Below, piece by piece: positions 55,965 through 64,000 of a DNA stretch of 64,000 bases (the stretch's first letter is position 1; the number at the start of each line of letters is the position of its first letter). Made by a program: the position numbers and the translations under genes. The notes beneath the pieces were generated by a model that was given only the letters and a program-made list of their open reading frames with translations, was not told the origin of the DNA and searched no databases. Source of the DNA: Octopus vulgaris (lineage: Eukaryota); the NCBI GenBank assembly GCA_951406725.2, contig OX597815.1:20956001-21020000 (forward strand). Reading direction: 5' to 3'.

Positions 55965-58350
55965 GTATAGGTCGTCTGCAAATAGTTATTGTTTAATCGC
56001 TAGACTCAAACAAAAAAAAAAAACTAGTGGATTAATAAACATTGGACTTCATTTTCTCCTTGCAAGAATAATTTTATTGAACTTCCACATTTGTATCCAC
56101 TCTTCTTATAATTACCTGCAAGAAAGATTTTCTACTTTCGGTCTGAATCTCCGATGACTTTTAGAACTTAAACAGCGACCACCATAGGCATTATTTTCAA
56201 TGAGCTTCAGGTTTTCCTGCACTTGTAAAACATGTCGGGCAATGGAATTTGAGACAAGCTAGAGATGACTTTTACATTATTTTTAGTGACTACATAAACA
56301 AACGAGTAATTTAATATATAAATACTTGAATATTGTTGCATTGATAGTGTTTTCGTCGATAAGGTAGTTGTGGAGTTTTGCTTAAGAGGAGTTGTGCAAA
56401 ATCCCTCCCCCTCACCGCTGTCAAAAAATATATATATGTTTGTTTAAATTCATTTTCATCCGTGGTCTTTTAAGTGTCGCAGTTTTATATCAACAGACTT
56501 CACAGTTTTTCGTTTCCTTTGAAGTTTGCAATTCGATTGTGTATAAAGCACTATAAATTACTGATTGAACTGAACAACTTTTGATTGAATTTGTTACACC
56601 AATGTTCAATGAGAGTCGACCTACCATTTTAGAGAATCTACCAAAGGCGTAGGTCTTTGACTTTATACATTTCGTTTAATATGACAATGTACACTTCAGT
56701 ATTGTTTGAGAATGTGAAAAATATCACAAATGAAAATGGATTAATTGTATTCGCTACAATGAATGATTCAGTGAATACAACATAATACATTTTATACACT
56801 ATGGAATATGGATGTGTATGTTTATGCTGGTATCAATGAAATATTTCCTGAAGAATTCAGGCTGAAGAATGCAAGCTGTAGTCCTTGATAGAGGTTATCA
56901 AATAAGGAAGAAATTAGACTTTGGCAGTGTTTGATATAACGTTATGTTGAAATAGTAGTGGAAGAGCTGGCTTGCAAATCACTTAGCTAAGTTAAGGAGG
57001 TTTCACGACATTTATAGGAAGTCACTTTATGGATAAATTTTCATTGTCGCATCCAGTTAATTGTCTTAATAAAGTCAAGTGCAACTGCTCTGCTTTCGAC
57101 TTGGCGCTTCATGTTCTAACCTTCCAACCTTATCATTGATTTAAAAGACCATTTAATTGAATTCACCACTATTTATATACTCCCTACAATAAGCAAGATA
57201 AATTTACTGCCTGTCTCGGCGCGTAAAACTGATTACAGATGCGTAAAACTGATAGCAGCTTATATCCCGTATTGCTAAAATAATTTAGGCCCATTAACTT
57301 CGAGAAAACTTTCTGTTTTAGGCAGGCGCCTTAATTTTGTTCTAGTGCTAAACCTGCACATGGAAATTATTTTTCAGTGAAAAGTTTGTTTATTTTGTTT
57401 AATTAAATAACTTTTTTTTTGCTATTATTGCACGTAGAAAATACTAAACGGAAGAGATGTAGATTGAAAATATTGCTTAAACTAATGGTTTTCGAGAAAC
57501 TTCATAAAAAAGATTACGGCAAAGTGAATTAATGTAACAACAAATTCAATGTTTAGAAATATTGCAAAATTCTTATTTAAGAAAAAATACCCAAAATAAT
57601 ATTAGCAATTTGTTTTCATTAAGCTTAAGAAATATTCATTGATGAGAGCCTGCACATATTTTAACAACACTGCTAGAACTTTAACAAATGACAGATAGAA
57701 AAAAATATCAAGAAAATTAGTCTATTTGTTCATTAAATTTTATACAAATGATATTTTAAAATAGGAACAATTAAATAGTTTTGTTTTGTTTTGTTGGTGA
57801 TTTGAATGTGGTGGCGAAGTATTTCGCTTAATCAAGTTTTTAATTTTTCCACGAAAGATAATTGCATGCAAATACTCAGAAGTGGTAGGGCATTCCGACA
57901 AAATTCCTTGCGGTATTTAGTTACGTCCCTTTACGCACCGAGATCCCATTCGAGTTAAATTTTATCTTAAACCTCACACAGGTTTTTACAACGTGCCTTC
58001 TCTGTCTCCCAGTAATCTCTAGGATCTGAGCATATGGTTTGTTTTATTTTAAAATCAGAACGTTGGTATATGTTCTCAGAGCCCGTGGATTGCTTGCTGC
58101 CAAAAGTCATGTTATACATATCTGCCTAACCACGTGTCTTAATGGCAAGAAACTATTAGTAGCTCTTATTTTAATACAGTGTACATTAAATGATATATAT
58201 ACATATATATATTTCTTCGAAAAGTGTGTGATTTTATATCTATAGAGGCACACGGGTACACGGCTACAAAGGTTTGTTAGAATCTATATTCGATTAGATC
58301 GACCTCCTCATTACATGACTAGTGCGTGTGTGAGAGAGAGAGAGAGAGAG

Positions 58351-58411
<61 letters not shown>

Positions 58412-58774
58412 ACGTCCTTGTGCATGTGTGTGTGTTTGAATATATTTCTATTTGAACAATTACTTTGTAAAGATCTGCAATCGCTTACAGCTATTTCATT
58501 TCTATAATAAACTACTTTTATCGGGTTAATTTAAACATCAAAATAATTAAGAACATAAATAAACATCAACAAATGTAAACACTAGAATAAATGTGCGTTA
58601 TATATACATGGATTATAAAGATCACGCTGTGAAATCAACAAAATTTCCAAAACATCCAGGTTTTTGAAAGAGGCAAAGATTAAGCGCATTAAATAGTTTT
58701 GTAAGTCACAAACATTTGTGGCCTTGTGCCTATATGAGAAATTATTACTCACATTATTATTATTATCACTTCAA

Positions 58775-58990
58775 GGCGGGTGGATTGACTGAATCGTTCG
58801 CATACCGGAAAAAAAATGCTTTGTTGGACTTCTTCCGGTTATTTTACATTTCTGAGTTCAAATCATGCCGGGGTCAACCATCCTTTCCCCGCTTCAGGAT
58901 TCGATAAACTAAAGTAAAAACCAAGTATTTATGTCGGGTGCATCGACTATTTTTCGGCCCTCAAAACTGCTGAGCATGTTTCTAAATTAG
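58775..58990 (+). mobile_element. Old SINE family B copy
   Basis: GGCGGGTGGATTGACTGAATCGTT head, GAGTTCAAATC B-box, decayed core. Confidence 0.6.
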
Positions 58991-59362
58991 AAACAATTAT
59001 TAGCTTCGAGTACCCGGTATTTGGATCGGTACATTCCTGGCAATGATATAAGTCCATCCACCAGACCTGCAGTTAAACCTCAAAGTTTTCTTTCGATGTT
59101 GTTTTAAACTGAATACATAAAGAAAATAAATTTGCAAGCGCGAACTGCGTACAACTTCTATCAATTGAAAATTTATCAATTTTGACGTAAGAAAGATATT
59201 TATTTTAACTCCTTGTTTCTAACTAGTGAGTTAAAAAAAGACAAAGTATTTCCAATATTATATGTATATCTAAATAACAAATAAATAGGGGCGCATGAGA
59301 GTGCGCGTAGCCTGTTCTATAAATATATAGGTATATGTATATATCAATGTTTTTATGTCGAA

Positions 59363-59441
<79 letters not shown>

Positions 59442-59492
59442 ATATATATATATATATATGTATGTATGTATTTATATATGTATGTATAGATA

Positions 59493-59524
<32 letters not shown>

Positions 59525-59525
59525 C

Positions 59526-59594
<69 letters not shown>

Positions 59595-59804
59595 CATATT
59601 TGTATTATGTGTGTGTGTGAAACAAAGCAAAAGATTCAAAGGTCCTTCCTGAGCCATAGGTATTTAAGGCCGATTTCCCCGGATTCCGTGGCGTATATAT
59701 TTCTTTCTGACAGAACACCGAACCGGCTCAGGATTACTCATTTTTTCCAGCTGAATAGACAGGAGCAACAAATTAACAACTAAGTCGCGTGCTTCCACAC
59801 ACAT

Positions 59805-59862
<58 letters not shown>

Positions 59863-60171
59863 TTACACACACTCACACAGACGTACGTATACATATATAT
59901 ATATATATATATATGCATTTCGGCCTTTTCTCTTCGAGTATACACTTGAATCTGGTTTTATTGTCAGTGTTATATCTCTTTGTGTCCTGTAACTTAACGG
60001 TTCGACAATCGGTATTCGGCGAAATAAATACCGGGGTCGATACAGTCGACTAAATACTTTAATACGGTACCCCCAGCATGGTCGTAGTACAATGAGTAAA
60101 ACCAACAAAAGAATAAAAGAATATATGTGTATGCGTGTTATACATACATACACAGCCATTTATATATATAC

Positions 60172-60222
<51 letters not shown>

Positions 60223-60302
60223 GATAGATAGATATATATATACGTGTATATATGTGTGTGTACATATATGTATATATGTATACATATATATATATACATA
60301 CC

Positions 60303-60382
<80 letters not shown>

Positions 60383-60624
60383 CATTTATATTTTTAGACA
60401 TTTATATACCCATTTATTGGGTATATAACACACACACACAGATTAGCCCCGGTAAAGGAAGTGTGAATGGAATCTCCAAAAAAAAGAGAAAATATGATCG
60501 CCATCACATCATGCTGTAGATAATGACGCTGCTGCTGATGTTGTTGATGTTACTGCTGCTGCTGCTGCTGATGGTGATGATGATGATGATGAATATTGAT
60601 GAATGTAGCTTAACCCTGCAATCC

Positions 60625-60850
60625 ATGATGGGTGGTGGGTGGATGGAGCACTGGGGGCCCCCCACCGAATTCATAGTCTGCGAGCAGTGATGCATGCATA
60701 TCCATCGAACTGTGAACGACTGCTGGGTCTCCTTGAACAGAATGCATCTACAGAAATGCTATGGCAAGCCCCCATTACAGTGGTTAGCCATTACTTTATC
60801 CAGGCCCTTTGGAATATCCAAACTGAAGCTAACGAAGCAATCATCACTTA
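60625..60850 (-). pseudogene. Decayed CR1/L2-group RT fragment
   Basis: Minus strand SLDIPKGLDKV (cf. LDxxKAFDKV) and MNSVGGPQCSIHP (cf. SGVPQGSxLxP). Confidence 0.6.
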
Positions 60851-61856
60851 TTCAGGGGCTGCTGTTTATTGTTCTTGTTCATGTTGTTGTTGCTGCTGCT
60901 GTTGTTGTTGTTATTGTTGTTGTTGTCATCGTCGCTGTTGTAGTTGATGTTGGTTAGCGCCAAGTTAACTCTGATCGATCAGAAACCTATAATTTATAAC
61001 ATATTCCTGCCGCGACTGTCCCGTTTATTTAGTAGTTGATAAGAGTATATTATATATAACAATTCATTTTATTATAAACAGCTTTAGAGAATGATTTGAG
61101 GAAAGTTTTGGCTGTTATTTCAAGCATATCGATCAACCACGTAGATTAGGAAAATAACCGTGCTTGGCACCTATTTCATAATTGCTGAACCTATCCATCA
61201 AGATAAAATATTTTGCCCCTGAACACGCAGCCAAAATTCTGCAGCGTGTAGGCTTAGGCAATATTAACAGTTTTTTTTTTACCCTTAAGTCAGTCCTAAT
61301 CGAGTATACGTGTCATAACGAGAGTTTTGCCCATAATGTTCCTTTTCTTGGCTCCTCAGTATTTACATGACTATATTACCTGATTCGTCTGTTTTATTGA
61401 GGGAGATTCATCTGTTATTTCTAGCAGGTCGATTCTCCTCGATTCTCCACATAAAGACGTCCTTCTTGGTTCGTCTTCAGCATAGGTCCTTTAAGTAAAA
61501 TGGTTAAACTATTGATTTTCCATGTCGGAAATTATATAAATAAAATGATTGATTGGAAAGGGCCGGATTGAAGGTTTTGAAATAATTAGCTACGCTTATT
61601 ATAATTCCTGTTTCATTCCTCCTTCAGGGTCGATAGTAAAGTTACTGTTCATGTATCGAATATCAATCCATTTGGTAATATTCTAAATCTAAAAAGTTGC
61701 ACGCTTGTAAGCATATTTCAACATCTTTATTAAATGATAAATTAGTAAGTCAAACGAAGGAATCAATTAATTTGATTCTTGACTGGTTTATAAATATATT
61801 CGTTTACTTACTTACTCTGCATGGTATAAATATACATGCGTATGAGTGTGAGTGTT

Positions 61857-61896
<40 letters not shown>

Positions 61897-61926
61897 GGAG
61901 GGGGGCGTGTGTGTGTGTGTATTTAA

Positions 61927-62275
61927 TTCTTTTATTCTTTTATTTGTTTCAGTCATTTAACTGCGGCCATGCTGGAGCACCGCCTTTAGTCAAACAAATA
62001 GACCCCCCCACCCCAGGACTTATTCTTTGTAATCCTAATATTTATTCTATCAGGCCCTTTTGCCGAACCGCCAGGTTACGGGGACGTAAACGCATCAACA
62101 TCAGTTGTCAAGTAATGTTGGGGGGACAAACATAGACACACAAATTCACTCAAAAGGCTTGGGCTAGCCCCAGGCTATAGTAGAAGACACTTGCCCAAGG
62201 TGCCACGCAGTGGGACTGAACCCGGAACCATGTGGTTGGTAAGCAAACTATTTACCACATAGTCACCCCTGCGCC
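61927..62275 (-). mobile_element. SINE family A with internal deletion
   Basis: Tail and head both match family A; the central GAAACTGAAAGAAGC part is missing. Confidence 0.85.
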
Positions 62276-62281
62276 TAGCCA

Positions 62282-62377
<96 letters not shown>

Positions 62378-62649
62378 GAATAAACGATTAAAAATAAATA
62401 ACGATTATTTATATACAAAGATATTTCTATAGACGTTGGAAAAATATTAATGGAAAAGATAAAGAAAACAAATCATAATAATAATGATTTAATTTATTGA
62501 CATTTTGATAAAAGAAAGAGCAACATGCGACCACATACACGTGTATGTGCATGTAGATACAGCCACAGGCATACACACACATACATATGTAATCCCGTGT
62601 ATACACATACATACATATATACATACATACATACATACATACATTAATA

Positions 62650-63822
62650 CATACGTATGTACGTATGTACGTAAGTATGCATGTATGCATGTATGTATGT
62701 ATGTATGTATGTATGTACGTATGCATGTATGCATGCATGTATGTATGTATGTATGTATGTATGTATGTATGTATGTATGTATGTATGTATGTATGTATGT
62801 ATGTATGTATGTATGTATGTATGCATGTATGTATGTATGTATGTATGTATGTATGTATGTATGTATGTATGTATGTATGTATGTATGTATGTATGTATGT
62901 ATGTATGTATTATGTATGTATGCATGCATGTATGTATGCATGTATGTATGTATGTATGTATGTATGTATGTATGTACGTATGCATGTATGCATGCATGTA
63001 TGTATGCATGTATGTATGTATGTATGTATGTATGTATGTATGTATGTATGTATGTATGTATGTATGTATGTATGTATGTATGTATGTATGTACGTACGTA
63101 TGCATGTATGTATGTATGTATGTATGTATGTATGTATGTATGTATGTATGTATGTATGTATGTATGTATGTATGTATGTATGTATGTATGTATGTATGTA
63201 TGTATGTATGTATGTATGTATGTATGTATGTATGTATGTATGTATGTATGTATGTATGTATGTATGTATGTATGTATGTATGTATGTATGTATGTATGTA
63301 TGTATGTATGTATGTATGTATGTATGTATGTATGTATGTATGTATGTATGTATGCATGTATGTATGTATGTATGTATGTATGTATGTATGTACGTACGTA
63401 TGTATGTATGTATGCATGCATGTATGTATGTATGTATGTATGTATGTATGTATGTATGTATGTATGTATGTATGTATGTATGTATGTATGTATGTATGTA
63501 TGTATGTATGTATGTATGTATGTATGTATGTATGTATGTATGTATGTATGTATGTATGTATGTATGTATGTATGTATGTATGTATGTATGTATGTATGTA
63601 TGTATGTATGTATGTATGTATGTATGCATGCATGTATGTATGCATGTATGTATGTATGTATGTATGTATGTATGTATGTATGTATGTATGTATGTATGTA
63701 TGTATGTATGCATGTATGTATGTATGTATGTATGTATGTATGTATGTATGTATGTATGTATGTATGTATGTATGTATGTATGTATGTATGTATGTATGTA
63801 TGCATGTATGTATGTATGTATG

Positions 63823-63854
<32 letters not shown>

Positions 63855-64000
63855 TGTATGTATGTATGTATGTATGTATGTATGTATGTATGTATGTATG
63901 TATGTATGTATGTATGTATGTATGTATGTATGCATGTATGTATGTATGTATGTATGTATGTATGTATGTATGTATGTATGTATGTATGTATGCATGCATG
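62650..64000. repeat. >1.3-kb (TATG)n tetranucleotide array running off the window end
   Basis: Directly visible, with recurrent TGCA and TACG variants; source of the spurious (HTYI)n ORFs. Confidence 0.98.

Noticed and set aside
56000-57850. Repeat-poor stretch searched for a downstream coding exon or transposase
   Set aside because: No convincing splice-bounded open frame or recognisable protein motif.
62489-63999. Long ORFs of 361-451 aa made of (HTYI)n
   Set aside because: Translation of the (TATG)n array; no stop codons arise in such repeats.

Overview
Eukaryotic, AT-rich and extremely microsatellite-rich genomic DNA. The SINE families and repeat landscape point to an octopus (coleoid cephalopod) genome; this is an inference from remembered repeat consensus. 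Nearly all ORFs in the supplied track are simple-repeat artefacts. The real content is: (i) the likely 5' end of one + strand host gene (putative non-coding exon ~34660-35129; exon 37299-38240 with a 40-codon start MTSELAVATG...; then a >25 kb intron); (ii) two tRNA-derived SINE families, one forming head-to-tail arrays; (iii) LINE pieces (one young CR1/L2-group RT fragment, older relatives, one RTE 3' end); (iv) four non-autonomous Helitrons, a Tc2/pogo-type MITE, a hAT MITE and a Tigger/pogo transposase fossil; (v) decayed Penelope-like element (PLE) ORFs. The most notable signal is a set of short, mostly (TA)n-embedded repeats from several families that carry minimal type-I hammerhead ribozyme motifs (CUGANGA...GAAA-palindrome-UH). 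One related copy ends almost exactly at the predicted self-cleavage site. All homology calls come from manual reading and translation, not database searches.
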